This document shows positions 40,901 to 55,900 of a stretch of DNA of 64,000 nt, one piece after another. Numbering within the stretch: the stretch's first letter is position 1; every line of letters begins with the position of its first letter. A program made the translations under genes and the position numbers. Under the pieces are notes generated by a model. It was not told the origin of the DNA, made no database searches, and was given only the letters and a program-made list of their open reading frames with translations. Source of the stretch: Leucoraja ocellata (taxonomy: Eukaryota); the NCBI GenBank assembly GCA_036785375.1, contig JAWMAR010000009.1, forward strand, positions 9,424,001-9,488,000. Reading direction: 5' to 3'.

Positions 40901-43900
40901 TATGCCTCGGTACTGCTTGGTCCTCCCAACTGGTCCTCCATCAGGTAGGTGTTATGGGAAGTTGAAATGAAGTAGTGGCTGAGTGGCTGGCTCATGTCCT
41001 GGTAGACCTTCTCATGGTCGGGGTTAAAAATGTTCCCTTCAGGAGACAGCATGTACATCATGAAGCCATCGAAGGTCAAGCCCTGGTTCAGTTTGCCTGC
41101 AGATGGGAAACAATTTCCAGGTTACTATGACTGAGGATGGCGTTCCAGTACAGCTGTTGCTGGGTGTGTTAGGAATCCAAATCCATCTTTTCAAGGGATT
41201 GAAACATTGTCAGCATATAATGAAAGTGTGCCCAGACATTGCAGTAACCTGTTCCATTCCTACCAGTCCTTGGTTTGGAAGCCCAAATGTGCAAGGTTCA
41301 GCAATGATGAGACTGGTAGGCTTAAGATTTAGAAGCACGGGGGATCTATGCACTAGGACTTCACCCAGTTTTGCATGCTCCATCCATATCACAACTGTGC
41401 AGTGATTATTGTAACTGTGCATGGTAACAATTCGTCCCTCTGGCCAATTTTCCATCTGATGGCACTCCTTCCCCTCTCCTTCCTCTCTGACTCAAGTCTA
41501 ATGGAAGGCAACTTAGAGCAAACACTCCATCCTTTTCAAACCAAGAATAAAAGACTCCTACCTTGGGCCAGCTCTCTGTCTCCTGTCATTCCTGCCTCCA
41601 CCCTCCCATTATCAAAAACACTTTTCCCAGTTCTTCCTCATTATCAACAGGAAATTGTCATGGAATTAAAATAAATGGACTTAGAAGCATAGAAACATAG
41701 GTGCAGGAATAGACCATTCAGCCCTTCGAGCCAGCACCGCCATCCAATATGATCATGGCTGGTCATCTAAAATCAGTACCCAGTTCCTGCTTTTTCTCCA
41801 TATCCCTTGATTCCTTTAGCCCTAAGACTTAAAGGGACAGGGTCAATGAGCAGTTTAACCTCCCATCTGTACTCAACATCTCAGCCCTACAGGAAAAGAT
41901 GAGCTAACGTGTAAAACAAGTCGAGCAGTGGCCTTCAACATTTGTCATACCGTTATCATAAAGTCCGTACTTCTGCATGATGTTCAAACAATTTTCTTCT
42001 GTAACTATCTCCTTCTGTTCTTTCAAGAAATGTTGCAGCTCGTCAGTGGTCAGCGTTTGTCCCTGGCCTGAGAACTGATGGAAGATTTGCTCCAACTCTG
42101 GACGCTGCATCAGTAACTTGCAGAACTCCTCGATCTCATGCTCTTCCAGTTTATTTGTTTTCGATTTGTCACATTGCTGAAAGAAGGTTTGCCCAGGTTT
42201 ACAGTGAGACATTCCTTGATCATCGTTAATTTTTTGCATATCTTTCATCCATATCTCTCTATATCACCGCCTACATCTCTTGTTTCCCTTTCCCCTGACT
42301 CTCAGTTTGAAGAACAGTCTAGACCTGAAACATCGCCTATAGGGAGGTTGCACGGCAGTCGCGTCACGAATCATGACCCATACTGTTGCCACGGAACGCC
42401 AACTGGAGTACACGCGATGAACTGCAGGTAAGCACTTACTGTTGTTTCCAGCGTAGCGCGCCTGTTAAAAACCACCGAAATGGTCAATTTTTGCGCTGTA
42501 AATAATTATGGAAATCGGGGTAAGCGTGAGAGATATTTATCTTACTTCAGAATTCGAAATGACGGAAGAGAGAAGCGGCAGCTGAGGGACAACAACAGCT
42601 AAAGTGCTTGGCGAACATTGGCCGTGCAGATATCAAGATTGAAAATATTGGCAATTATCGCATTTGCTCACTGCATTTCATCAACAGTGAGGCATTATTT
42701 GTGTTTTTTCTTGATTCCTTTGGTATCTAAAAAGTTTTAGAAGTGATAAATCTGGCTGTAAAATTCTAAAATCGCCCATGGTTCTCGTGGGTTTTTACGT
42801 ACAAATAGAAAATGCTTCTGAAGCAATTTCCCCGATTTCCATAATTATTTACAGCGCAAAAATTGACCATTTTGGCGGTTTTTAACAGGTACGAAAGTAC
42901 ACATTCCGTGTATTAACAGTATATGCAGGATGCTGCCATGTCCTCCACATGGATTGCGTTGACCCCTGCGTCACGCCCTTTGACCCGATGACCATATGTG
43001 CAACCCCCCCCCCCCCCTATTCCTTTTCCGTAGAGACCCTGCCTGACACGCTGAGTTACTCCAGCTTTTTGTGTCTATCGTTGGTTTAAACCAGCATCTG
43101 CAGTTCCTTCCTACACATATATTGTGAATGTTTCATTGGTACAAAGAAGGAGACTGGATAATCAATGATATGCCGTGAATTATTAACGCACACTAAGATA
43201 AAAAAGAAATCAGCCAGGGCTTCACCAACCAGCAGCCCGCCCCCTGATTATGAGTGGGCTACTACCACCTACTACATCCGTCACTGATGCCAGGCTGCCG
43301 TGTTTGTTGAGATGGCAATGTAACAAACAGCACAAGAAAAGCAGGGACTGGAGCATACAGGTGCACGTAGGCGAGTGAACATGCAGCACATCCAAAGTCA
43401 TCAGAAAGCAACGACACGCTGTCACCGCATTAGCAAGATGTTATTAAAAGCTGTTATTTAAAGCTTTTATCTATTCTCTCCCAGGACACCGGGGGTTGCT
43501 GGCTTAGCCGAAGCTTACTGCCCGCCCTCTGTGGCTCTTGAATTAAATGCTTTCATGGGATAAGAATCAACCACATTGCTGTCACATTTAGACCAGGCCG
43601 GCTAAAGGTGGGAGATCTCCGTGTAAAACGCACTTCAATATTTTCAACATTTGTTATTTAATTATTTTCCTGCTATAGTGGGAATTGAATTTATAGACTT
43701 GATCCCTGGACCAACCTGTTTACAAAAAACTGCACAAGAAAATTGTTTTCCTCATTTTTTTTTTTAAAGTGTTTGCGTTGAAGTGAAGCTGTAAATGCAC
43801 AGCCCGTGTCTCAGTGCTTGTGAACGGGAGAAAAATATGCCAGTGACCAGTTACTACAAGGGAGGCCCAGTCCCACAATTACTTTACTGATCCTCACCCC

Positions 43901-46900
43901 CACTTCCCAATGAAACACTATAGCCAGATAACAACCAAAAATGGGTGGAATCCAGCTTCCCGACGTGTCTCTCGGTAGTAGCACGGATTAGACCAGAAAA
44001 CCAGCAACATAAGCCTTGTGTGACTACCTTCCTATACCAGACAGAGGTCAAAGGGACAGGAACTGGCTTTAATCAGCACAAACAGATTAGTTAAACACTC
44101 ATAACATTTGCTCATAAATCCATCCCAGGGGATCGGTCAGTACCAGTAATCTCATCGTCATTTTATGCACAATGCAAAGTATTAAAAAAGCATTAAACAG
44201 AATATCACAAATGCCTGGTTTTCTAGCTCATTTAAAGGGACCCAAGGGCCATGTAGAGGTTGAGAGGTTAATTAGCTGCTAAATTGCCCCTGGTGTGTGG
44301 GTGAGGGGAAGAATCTGGGGGAGAATAAAATAGGATTAGTGATATATTATTACAAATGGGAGGTTGATGGTCGGCAGCATGGACATGGTGGGCCGAAAGG
44401 CCTTTTACTATGTGTATGTCACTGAGAAAATGTATCTGCAATCACATAAAGATAATAAATGTACATGGACTCGAGAAGTAAAGTGAAACCAAAAGATACT
44501 CACACTGGCAATTTAACAAAGAAGTGCATTTATTGAGTATTCAGTTTGAGGATTTACATCTAAAATTTTAATTTATTTAAAAATGGGTGACAGGAGAGTA
44601 ATTTGGAGACCTGAAACGTCGCCCATTCCTTCTCTCCAGAGGTGCTGCCTCACCCGCTGAGTTACTCCAGCATTTTGTGCCTACCTTCGATTTTACCAAC
44701 ATCTGCAGTTCTTTCTTAAACTAATTTGGAGTCCTAGCCCGGAACTAATGGAGCAAAATGACTTCTGAAGAAGGGTCTCGACCCAAACCATCACCCATTC
44801 CTTCTCTACAGTGATGCTGCCTGTCCCGCTGAGCTACTCCAGCATTTTGTGTCTACCTTCAAGATAACTTCAGCCATGTGTCTGTGGAATAATACCCAAG
44901 TGGGAGAAGAATTCACCTGTTCCATCAAAGTGCAAACTTCACTGAGCTTTTAGCCGTATCATAAGAGTTTCTTGATTTCTTGATAAGAGTTTCTTGGCAG
45001 CTTGCAGGCAAGGTACATTATTTACTTTGTAATCACTATTCCCTTGAAACATCAAGGTGTTGCATCCAAATCTACCATAATCCCGGGATAGGTCTCCTGG
45101 AATTCCCGCTGTGGACACGTCTTCCTTCCTTCCCCTGGGATGCACCCATGGATACTCTACTGCAAGGTCCAAGCTGCAAGGTCCAAGCTGCAAGGTCAGA
45201 AAATATACCTGCTGAACCTGCGCTGGGTGCACTGTGAGCCAGGTGCCTGGTTAAAGTGGTAGGCACCAACTCTAACTTGGATGGAGCAGGATGCGGGGTC
45301 TATCCTCTCATCCACCACTCCACCCTTGGGAACAGTCTCTCACCCCTTCCACTTTTGAAGGATATGCCTAGACGCTGGGGTTTACCCATTTCTGGAGCAT
45401 TAGAGGGAATTCCTCCTCCTTTATCCTACCACCTTAGCAAATACTCCCTCTTTGCCAACACTACCAGAAGATGGGAAAGTGCCAGCTCGGGTGTGCTCTG
45501 AACTTTAAGAACTGCTTCCCGGGGTCAAAGGTATGAGGAAAGATTGAATTGAATGACACCGCACCAAAACAGGCCGCTCGGCCCACCCCATCCGATGGCC
45601 CACCACGACCATCGATCGCAAGTTGTCACTAATTCTATGTTATCCCACTTTTGCACCCACTTCCTACACACTAGGGGACATTTCTTAGAATTAACCTACA
45701 AACACACACGTCTTTGGGGTGTGGGAGGAAGCAACCCGCGGGAAACAGGAAGAACATGCAAATTCCACACAGGCAGACATCTGCAGTGATTAGAAAATCT
45801 TGCCAGAAAGCATTTTTGAAGGTTACAGAGCAGTTGACACTCACTAGGACATCTGGACAGAAAGTCCATGCTTATTAGTGACTGGAGTCAGCTCACTCAC
45901 AGACGTGCCAAAAACAATGAGCACAGTAAAGTATAAAACAATGTGTTGGAGGAACAAGGCAGGAGAGAATTTGACTGACATTTTTGGGTCAGGACTTTCT
46001 TCAGACGAATATCAGTCTGAAATTTCATCTGTTCATTTCTCCTAACAGATTATGCCTGATCTACTCAATTCCTCCAGCACGTTGGTTTTACCTCAAGATT
46101 GCAGCATCTGCAGTCAGCAACTAAATGAGTATCAGCGCAAAGCAGTGGTAAAGGGGTCAGCCTGGGCTCAGTGAGATCTTCAAGTGCTGAGTCCAAGGCT
46201 GTCCAAGTCACACCTTTATGCCTATGTCCACTACAGTGCCATCTCTTAAACTTATATATGCTTGCTCCCTTAGGTAAATGTAACCCGTTCCATGCTGACC
46301 AATATTTATCATGCCATAGGAGCAGAATTACACCATTCGGCCCATCAAGTCTGTTCCACTGTTCAGTCATGGCTGATCTATTTTTTTTATCTCAACCCAA
46401 TTCTCTTGCCTTCTCACAGTAACATTTGACACCCTTACTAATCAAGAACATAGAAACATAGAAAATAGGTGCAGGAGTAGGCCATTCGGCCCTTCGAGCC
46501 TGCACCGCCATTCAATATGATCATGGCTGATCATCCAACTCAGTATCCTGTACCTGCCTTCTCTCCATACCCCCTGATCCCTTTAGCCACAAGGGCCACA
46601 TCTTATTCCCTCTTAAATATAGCCAATGAACTGGCCTCAACTACCTTCTGTGACAGAGAATTTCAGAGATTCACCACTCGTTGTGTGAACCTAATCAAGA
46701 ATGCTTTAAAAATACCCAATGGCCTCCACAGTCATCGGTGGCAATGCATTCCACAGATTCACTACCCTCTGGCTAAAGAAATTCCTCCTCATCTCACAAC
46801 ACACAGTACACAATCCAATTTATCTCCAATCTAAAGGTACGCCCTTTTATTCTGAGGCTGTGCCCTCTGGTCCTAGACTCTCCCACTACAGGAATCATCC

Positions 46901-49900
46901 TTTCCACATACACTCTATCTAAGCCTTTCATTGCCAGGTAGGTTTCAATGAGATTCCACCTCATCCTTCTAAACTCTAGCATGTACAAGCCCAGAGTTTA
47001 ATGAATATTGCTTCCAAATACATGCCTGGGCTTCATCTTCTGGATGTTCATGTGGATGTTTGCTGTGCACATACTGACTGCCTTGCTTACTACGTAGGAG
47101 TGAGAAATACATGACTATTTCCAAGTGGTCCTGACACAGCAAAAGCATTGTAGGTGGACAAGTATTTCTTTCTTCCATGCTAACTAAACATATCAGGTAG
47201 ACCCATTAAAATCCTAGCTTATTATTCAAATCCCCCATTCCATCTCATCACCGTTGGTCACCCAATGGTCCAATATGTACCCAAACGTACAGCTAGGTCC
47301 CCCGCCCCCTTCATGGGCTCCAATGTCCCCAGTAACATTAGCAATGGCGTGCTTTCACTTTCAAAAGCCTTACCTGAAAGAGGGAGTTGACGTAATCATC
47401 ATTTACTTTCAGGTTGATCATTTTGAGCATATTTTTCATTTCCTTAAAACTGATCTTGTTGTCGTTGTTTTTATCAGCCTTCTGCAGATGTTGATGGATC
47501 AAGGTAACAGCAGTTAAGGCAATAACTAAACAGGCAGTGCTTATACATGAAACTATTTAGAAATATCACACGCAACATGGTCGCAGATGCAACATCATTG
47601 CATGGCTTGAAGCGCAGGAATGATCTCTGTACATCTGTTGGCATAATGAAACGGCTTGGGGTTAAAGATAAACATTATACAGAAACCCCTTCACAATCTT
47701 GTTGGCCCAAACCCCAGCTTCAGTTCTTGCCTCTCATCCCAGGTCACCGCATTCACTGGTAGAGTATTCCTGTAACTCCATCATCAGGTTTGCCGACGAC
47801 ACCGCTGTTGTAGAGCCGTATTACTGATGGGACGAGTCAGAGTGTAGAAGTGAGATCGACCGATTGACCAAATGGTGCCAGCACAATAACCTGGCTCTCA
47901 ACATCGGCAAAACCAAGGATTGGATTGTGGACTTTGGAAGGGGTAGGATGGAGACCCACAATCCCGTGGAAAGGGTCAAGAACTTCAAATTCCTGGGGGT
48001 GCGTATTTCTGAAGATCTCTCCTGGTCCCAGCACACTGATGTAATTATAAAGAAAGCACATCAGCACCTCTGCTTCCTGAGAAGATTACGGAGAATTGGT
48101 TTGTCAAGGAGGACTCTCTAACTTCTACAGGTGCACAGTAGAAAGCATGCTGACTGGTTGTATCGTGGCTTGGTTCAGTAACTTCAGCATCCAGGAGCGG
48201 AAAAGAATGCAAAAAGTTGTAAACACTGCCCAGGCCATCACCGGCTCTGACCTCCCCACCATCGAGGGGATCTATCGCAGTCGCTGCCTCAAAAAGGCTG
48301 GCAGCATCATCAAGGACCCACATCATCCTGGCCACACAGTCATCTCTCCGTTGCCATCAGGCCTGAATCTGCAACATCCAGGTTCAGGAACAGCTTCTTC
48401 CCCACAGCCATCAGACTATTAAACACAACTTCAAACAAACTCTGAGCTATAACAACCTATTGCACTTTATCTGTTTATTTATGTTTGTGTATATATATAT
48501 TCTATGGTATATGGTCACACTGTTTTGATCTGTTCTGTATATATGCCTAAAATATTCTGTTGTGCTGCAGCAAGCAAGAATTTCATTGTCCTATCAGGGA
48601 CACATGACAATAAACTCTCTTGACGTGACGACCTTTACTGATATGAATTCCATTCCTTTTTGACAAATATTTTAGTCCTTGCCTTTGATAGACGTTGCTG
48701 GTGAAATAAATCATGTTCCATTACAATCCTGATATGTTGACTTACCAAAGTAACGTTTTATTATTAAATATTTGCCAAATGTTTAGAGATATGAAAATCT
48801 ATTTTACATTATGTATATTCATGTGAATAAGGAATTCCACTGCACCTGGTGAATATGGCAATAACCTAATCAGGATCTAAAATCACCAATTTTTAAGCCA
48901 TCTTTGTTGTTTAACTTGTTATGTCATTTCTCAGTTCCCTGAGAATGACTCTCGGATTTCTCTGTTCTATTTTGATGCCCTTCTGATGGTCTGGTTCTGT
49001 TGGAATTAGTCTCTGATGTCCCACTATTATTTCTCCCAAGGCAGCTTCCAAATAACTAACTGACCCAGATATAATTTTTGCACAATTTCAAAAGACACTT
49101 CCATGTCTTTGACTCCACATAATGGAATAGATCGGGTAGAAGCACAGAATCTCTTGCCCAGAGTCGCGGAATCGAGGACCAGGGGACAAGGGTTCAAGGT
49201 GAAGGGGAAAAGATTTTATAGGAATCCAATGGGGTCACTTTTTCACACAGAGGGTGGTGGGTGTATGGAACAAGCTGCCAGAGGAGGTAATTGAGGCTGG
49301 GACTATCCCATCGTTTAAGAAACAGTTAGACAGGTACATGGATAGGACAGGTTTGGACCAAGCGCAGGCAAGTGGGACTCGTGTGGGACTTGGGACATTG
49401 TTGGCCGGTGTGGGCAAGTTGGGCCGAAGGGCCTGTTTCCACAATGTATCACTCTATGACTATAATTTTACATTATGGTCTCTTTGGATGAACAGCAGAT
49501 TACAACAGTCTGTTAATGTTACCTTCTTTAGTCAGGACCTCTGCTTCAAAGCTCCATAATGCAGCTCCAAATGATAACTGGTGCTAACTAGTGGCAGCTG
49601 GCCTAGGCTCTGAACCTAGCATTGAAGGTCGAACATTTGCACAATAGCCGGAACTAGATGGTCAGCACAATTAACACCACTGCCACATCCCAAGGAGCCT
49701 TGCTCATCCAGAGCCTCGGATGGGGTTTGCATGTTCTCCATGTTCACTGTATTTTTACTAATACAAATACAGAATAGTCTGCAGGTGTCTTTGTGGAGCG
49801 AGGAAGCAGAGTCAGGAACATTACTGGGGGATAAATTCAATGCATCAGTAAATCATTCTGCCGGCATCAACCCAGAATAATTATCCCATGTGTTCTTGTT

Positions 49901-52900
49901 AATCACCCTGCACTGAGCGGATATTCAGTGGAGGAGGGGGTGGAGAGCAGGCAGTGTTACATCTGCTCCCTGTGCTTTGTGCCCTCCAATACCTGCTTCT
50001 GTTGAGTTCAGGATGTAATACATAATGTGTGATGGGTGTTATTACCCCAACTCCTTCTGCACAGCAGTTATTTCCCCCCTGTAGCTTTACTCTCTGCTGC
50101 TTCTGGGAGACCTTAAGGGGTAAAATATATTTGTGGGCGACCTGCACTGAGACAGAAACATAGAAGCATAGAAAAAAGGGTGGCCGTTTGGCCCTTCGAG
50201 CCAGCATTGTGATCATGGCTGATCATCCACAATCAGTAACCCGTGCCTGCCTTCTACCCGTATCCCTTGATTCAGCTAGCCCCTAGAGCTCTCTTTTAAA
50301 TTCAGCCCGTGAATTAGCCTCCACTGCCTTCTGTGGCAGAGAATGCCACAAATTCACAACTCTTTGGGTGAAAAAGTATTTTCTCATCTCAGTTTTACAG
50401 TTTTTCATAGACTGTGACCCCCGGTTATTTTTATTTTTTTCATGGCAACTTCACCATCTACGTTATTGGAAACACTTGGGCTATCTTTAATCAGACTTTA
50501 CTGGACTTTATCTTGCATTAAACGTTATTCACTTTATCCTGTATCTGTACACATTGGACGGGTGGAATGGAATCATGTATAGACTTTCAGCCAACTGGTT
50601 TGTACGCAACAGAAGCTTTTCACTATACCTCTGTACTGGGTTGTTGAATTAGTCTATATTGGCTACCAAACCAGACTATAGCTTGACTGTCAGAGTTGAG
50701 CAGCATGTCAGTAACAGAGAGATTAGTGTCACCAGACCCTATTGCATATTCACATTGCCGCTACCCAGTCTAACGCCCAGTCAGGTCTGTTCCCCTTGTG
50801 GTCAAAGGATATTGTTCGATTTTGTCCTGCTGGCTCATGGTTGCTACTCTTCCGGTGAGCTTCTTCAGCCCCCGCACCCAGCACCTCCCTTCCTCCTCTG
50901 AGGCCGCCACCAGGTCCAGGCTGCTCCGGCTGCCCACGAACACGATGGTGAAGCAACGTTTCTGCAAGAAGCTGCCGCCGTGTTTGGTCATCACGTCCGA
51001 CTGGTGACCCTCCTGGATGTCCTGGATGTCCATCACCGAGACTGAAACATGGGGCGGAGAATTAGCAGCCGGACAACGTTTGCAAACCAGCTGGGTCATG
51101 GGACAACTCTGTGGGCTGGGGGGAGGGGGAGGGAAGAGTCTGTGGTGAAAACCAGGGAGGCTCCGGATGGGAGCTGACGGTGGGTATGAGGGTGGAGAGC
51201 TGGTGTGTGAGGTTGAGCCAGCGTTGAGTTAAGCAGCGGCTGCAATTGACATGGGTCAGGAGGGCACCCTTCAAATTACACTGAAGCCTTGGACATTCAG
51301 CCTGACGAATCCTTGCTATCTACACCACATTTGTATCATAGCATGAACAACACCAACGCATGGACATTTGGACACCTCCGGGCACTGGTGCTTAGGATGC
51401 AGCGAGGACCCAAATGAAAAAGAATGGACTGGACTATGGAACATGCGGCGACCTCAGGCTGTGCTTCACAGACTGTCTTCTGAGCAGACAGTGTTGAACG
51501 GTGTACGTCAGTGTTGTAATGGGGGGCAGAAATTCTCTGCCTAATCCTCCCCACCTCTCATTTTCCACATCCTACAAGATACCCTTTCAAACCTATATCT
51601 ATGCCCAGAGCATTCAGTGACCTCTCTTACAAGAGCACCTGCTCTTCTGTTTTGGGACAGAGTATTATTCACCAGTTCGAAGCCCGTTTAAAAGCATTGT
51701 AGTGCCTGAGGGTTTTTTTGAGTTCATAAACTTTATATGACACATTTAGTATATTGTGTCAAAAATAATTCCATAAAACAATTCCTAGCCAGTTACCATA
51801 GAATTAAATGTATTAAATAGTTACTGGAAGTGGGGACCTCCTCCTGAGAACCTCCTAGTCACACACCAGACTTGGAAAGGTATGACTAGTCCTTCAGTGG
51901 GTCTAAATCAGGGAACTCCTTGCCCAGCAACACTGTGGCAACACCTTCCCCAGAGGACTTCACCGGATCACTCCTCAAGGGCAATGAGAATAATGTAGAA
52001 CAATGTACTGTGATATAGTTTGATGGCCCATGAAATGTCAGGAATTGAGGTCAGGTGATAATAGACAATAGATAATAGGTGCAAGAGTCGGCCATTTGGT
52101 CCTTTGAGCCAGCACCGCCATTCAATGTGATCATGGCTGATCATCCTCAATCAGTACCCCGTTCTTGCCTTCTCCCCATATCCCCTGACTCCGCTATTTT
52201 TAAGAGCCCTATCTAGCTCTCTCTTGAAAGCATCCGGAGAACCTGCCTCCACCGCCCTCTGAGGCAGAGAATTCCACAGACTCCCCACTCTCTGTGAGAA
52301 AAAATGTTTTCTCGTCTCCGTTCTAAATGGCTTACTCTTATTCTTAAAGTGTGGCGCCTGGTTCTGGACTCCCCCAACATCGGGAACATGTTTCGTGCCT
52401 CTAGCGCGTCCAAAACCTTAACCAGCTTATATGTTTCAATGGAATGCCCTCTCATCCTTCTAAAATCCAGAGTGTACAAGCCCAGCTGCTCCATTCTCTC
52501 AGCATATGACAGTCCCGCCATCCCGGGAATTAACCTTGTAAACCTACGCTGCACTCCCTCAATAGCAAGAATGTCCTTCCTCAAATTAGCCTTCAATTGC
52601 CTGCATTTATCGGTCGTCAATTCCCTAGCAAAGCCTACATGGTGTCCCTGCAGTCTCCCACTGCACTTAGTGTTCCCACAGCACGACACCCCACTGCACT
52701 GACACCACAATGTTCCCACTACACTAACCACTGTGTTCCCACTGGATTAAGTGTTCCCACTGGTTTAACAGTGTTCCCATCCACTGCACTAACACCACTG
52801 TGTTCCCACTGCACTACACTGTGTTCCCACTGCTCTAACAACAGTGCTCCCACAATGTGAATGGTGCAGTGCTCCCAATGTCTTCACAGTGCCGATACTA

Positions 52901-55900
52901 CGGTGCTTGAAGACGATACTCACACGTAGGTGGCTTATTCCTGGACTCGTACCAGATTGAGAGCCCGTCCTCCTGCAGCTTCATCTGGCGATCCTTCTTC
53001 CACTTACTGGACTTTACTTTTCGCAACTTGCCGCCTCTCAGCATGTACTTCACATCATCATCTTCATGTAACCCTGGGAAAGGCAGTAGGACATAGTTCC
53101 CTCAACAATCACAATAAGATGGAAGGTAGACTTACTTCTCCGGTTTACCCCAGGCGCCATATGCCAGTGAGGTCAGAGAAAGGTTACAGCTAAAGGAGAC
53201 CATTCAGCCCAGTGTGTGCATGCTGGCTCTCTCCCAGAGGAATTCATTAATTGCAACCCACCCCCTTCTCTGCCACCGTGTATATTTCTCCACACCATAT
53301 TTGTATCCAATTCCCTCTTGAAGGTCGCAGTGGTGCAGCGGTAGAGTTGCTGCCTTACAGCGAATGCAGCGCTGGAGACCCAGATTTGATCCTGACTACG
53401 GGTGCTGTCTGTATGGAGTTTGTACGTTCTCCCCGTGACGTGCGTGGGTTTTCTCCGAGATCTTCGGTTTCCTCCCACACTCCAAAGACGTGCAGGTTTG
53501 TAAATTAATTGGTTTGGTAAATATAAACATTGTCCCTGGTGGGTATAGGATAGTGTTAATGTGCGGGATCGCTGGTCGGCACGGACCCGAAAGGGCCTGT
53601 TCCGTGCTGTATCTCTAAACTAAACTAAACTAATGCAACCTCTGGTACTGACCTCTCCTACGCCAAAGACATATTCCTGAGCTTCCAATCTACCTTGTTA
53701 TGGTCCATGCATTTTTTATCTGCACTTTCCCTGAAGCTGTAGCATGATATGCTGCACTCTATTCCTTATCTCTTTTAACCCTCATGTACAGAATGATCCA
53801 CATGGATAGCATACACGACAACATTTTTCACTGCATCTCGGTATACGTGTCAAGACTTGGTAAGGCGTGTGTACGGTGTTGGTTAGCTGCTATAGGAACG
53901 ATGTCATTACACTGGAAAGGGTACAATAAAGATTTACAAACATGTTACGGTTCGGGAGTTTTGAGACATAATGAAAGCTTGGATTGGCTGGTTCAATTTT
54001 CCTGGAAGATAGGAGGTTGAGGAAAGACATAATACAATCTTTTCTCGGGTAAACATGTCAGAAAAACTAGAGGGCTTAGGTTTAAGGTGAGAGGAGAAAG
54101 ATTTAAAAGGGAACCAAGTGATGCCTTTTCACACTGAGGTTGAAGCAGAGGTCGGAACAAGCTGCCTGGGGAAGTACAATTACAACATTTAGAAGGATAG
54201 GAAAGGTTTGGTGGTATATGGGCCAGGCATAGGCAAATTGAATTATTTTAAGCAATTTGGTCAGCATGGATGAGTTGGACAGAAGGGCCTGTTTCTTTGC
54301 TGTATAGCTCTATACTGCATCTTATGAAAAGCCTTCTGAAGACAACTGCATTCTTCCCATCAACTCTTTTCATTATCTAAGTGTATATCGCACACTAAAC
54401 ATGGCAGATGAGCTCATGCAGAGTTAATTATTACTAGCACAAGGTTTAAAGGAAGGTTGACTGGCAGCTGAACATTCCTGATTACAGGGAAGGGCAATGC
54501 TAATTAAAGAAGCTTACACACCCATGAGAGAGGATGATACCTCAGCAAGATCATCAAATGAGGCTGCAACACATATCATAGAGCTGTGCAGCACAGAACA
54601 GGCCCTTCAGCCCACCATGTCCATGCCAAGGTTTTTGCCTATGTACACTAATCCTATTTGCCCACTGGGCCTTAAAATAGCAATGAAACTTCTGGTGGAA
54701 TCTGTAGTCCCGCATTCTCAGGGAGAATCACTAAGACAGTAAGGGTGCAAAGTTTTAACTACCCTAGCAGTTAGACAGGTACATGGATAGTACAGGTTTG
54801 GAGGGATATGGACCAAATGCTGGCAGGTGGGACTAATGTAGCTGGGGCGTTGTCAGCCAGTGTGGGCAAGTTGGGCTGAAGGATCTGTTTCCACACTGTA
54901 TCACCCTTTGCCTCTATGACGAGCATTAATGATCAGTTTAAAGGACCAAGTGAACACAGGACACCCAAACCTCATTCTCTGATGTGTGAAATGATGCATT
55001 TTAGTAAGTTAAACCAGAGTAGGACTTACACAGTAAGATGACATGGTCCAGGAAAATGATTTGATTGGAGACTCTGAGGGGTACAAGTACATAGTTCCAT
55101 GGAAGTATGTACTTGTTGGATGATCAACCATGATCATATTGAATGGCGGTGCAGGCTCGAAGGGCCGAATGGCCTACTCCTGCACCGAGTTTCTATGTTT
55201 CTATGAAGTGGTGACACAGATTAACAGGGTGGTGAAGAATATGTTTGACATGCACCTCATCATCAGTCAAGGCATCGAGTGCATGAGTTAGGACATCATG
55301 TTGCAAGTCCTATTGGTTGTTGAGCAATGTTGGTGAGATCACACTTGGAGTATCGTGTGCAGCGCTGGTCACGCAGTTGTAGGAAAGATGTCATTAAACT
55401 GGAAAATTCCTGATGCAGGGCTTTGATCCAATATCTCAGCCATTCCTTTGCCTCCACAGATGCTGCTTGACCCTCTTCAGCGGTTTGTTTTTTGCTCCGG
55501 AGGATGTGCAATCCTGAATGTAATTTTACGGAATGAAGCTGGGCAGATGGTCAGAGCATCGTGGGGAGTGTAGGTTTGTGACGTGATCATAAACTGGCTT
55601 CTTTTAGAAAAGGATAGAGTGCAGGATCTGAACAGGAACTAACCAACTTATTCAACTGGGGAGTGATTTAGAAGACCAGTAAAATGGTCTTGAAACAATT
55701 TTAAGAAGGGAAATCAAGAAGTTCAGGGTAAATATGTCTGCACAAAGGAAAAGGGGGTAAAGGATGACAGGAGGGTGGGGAAGCAGCCAACTGGGGAAGT
55801 TTATGTGAGACACTGGGAGCAGCATAAAGCCTGGGACAATATCAAAAGTGTAGTTGTCAACAAAGGGAGGGAATGAACAAGATTATCAGCAAATCAAAAC

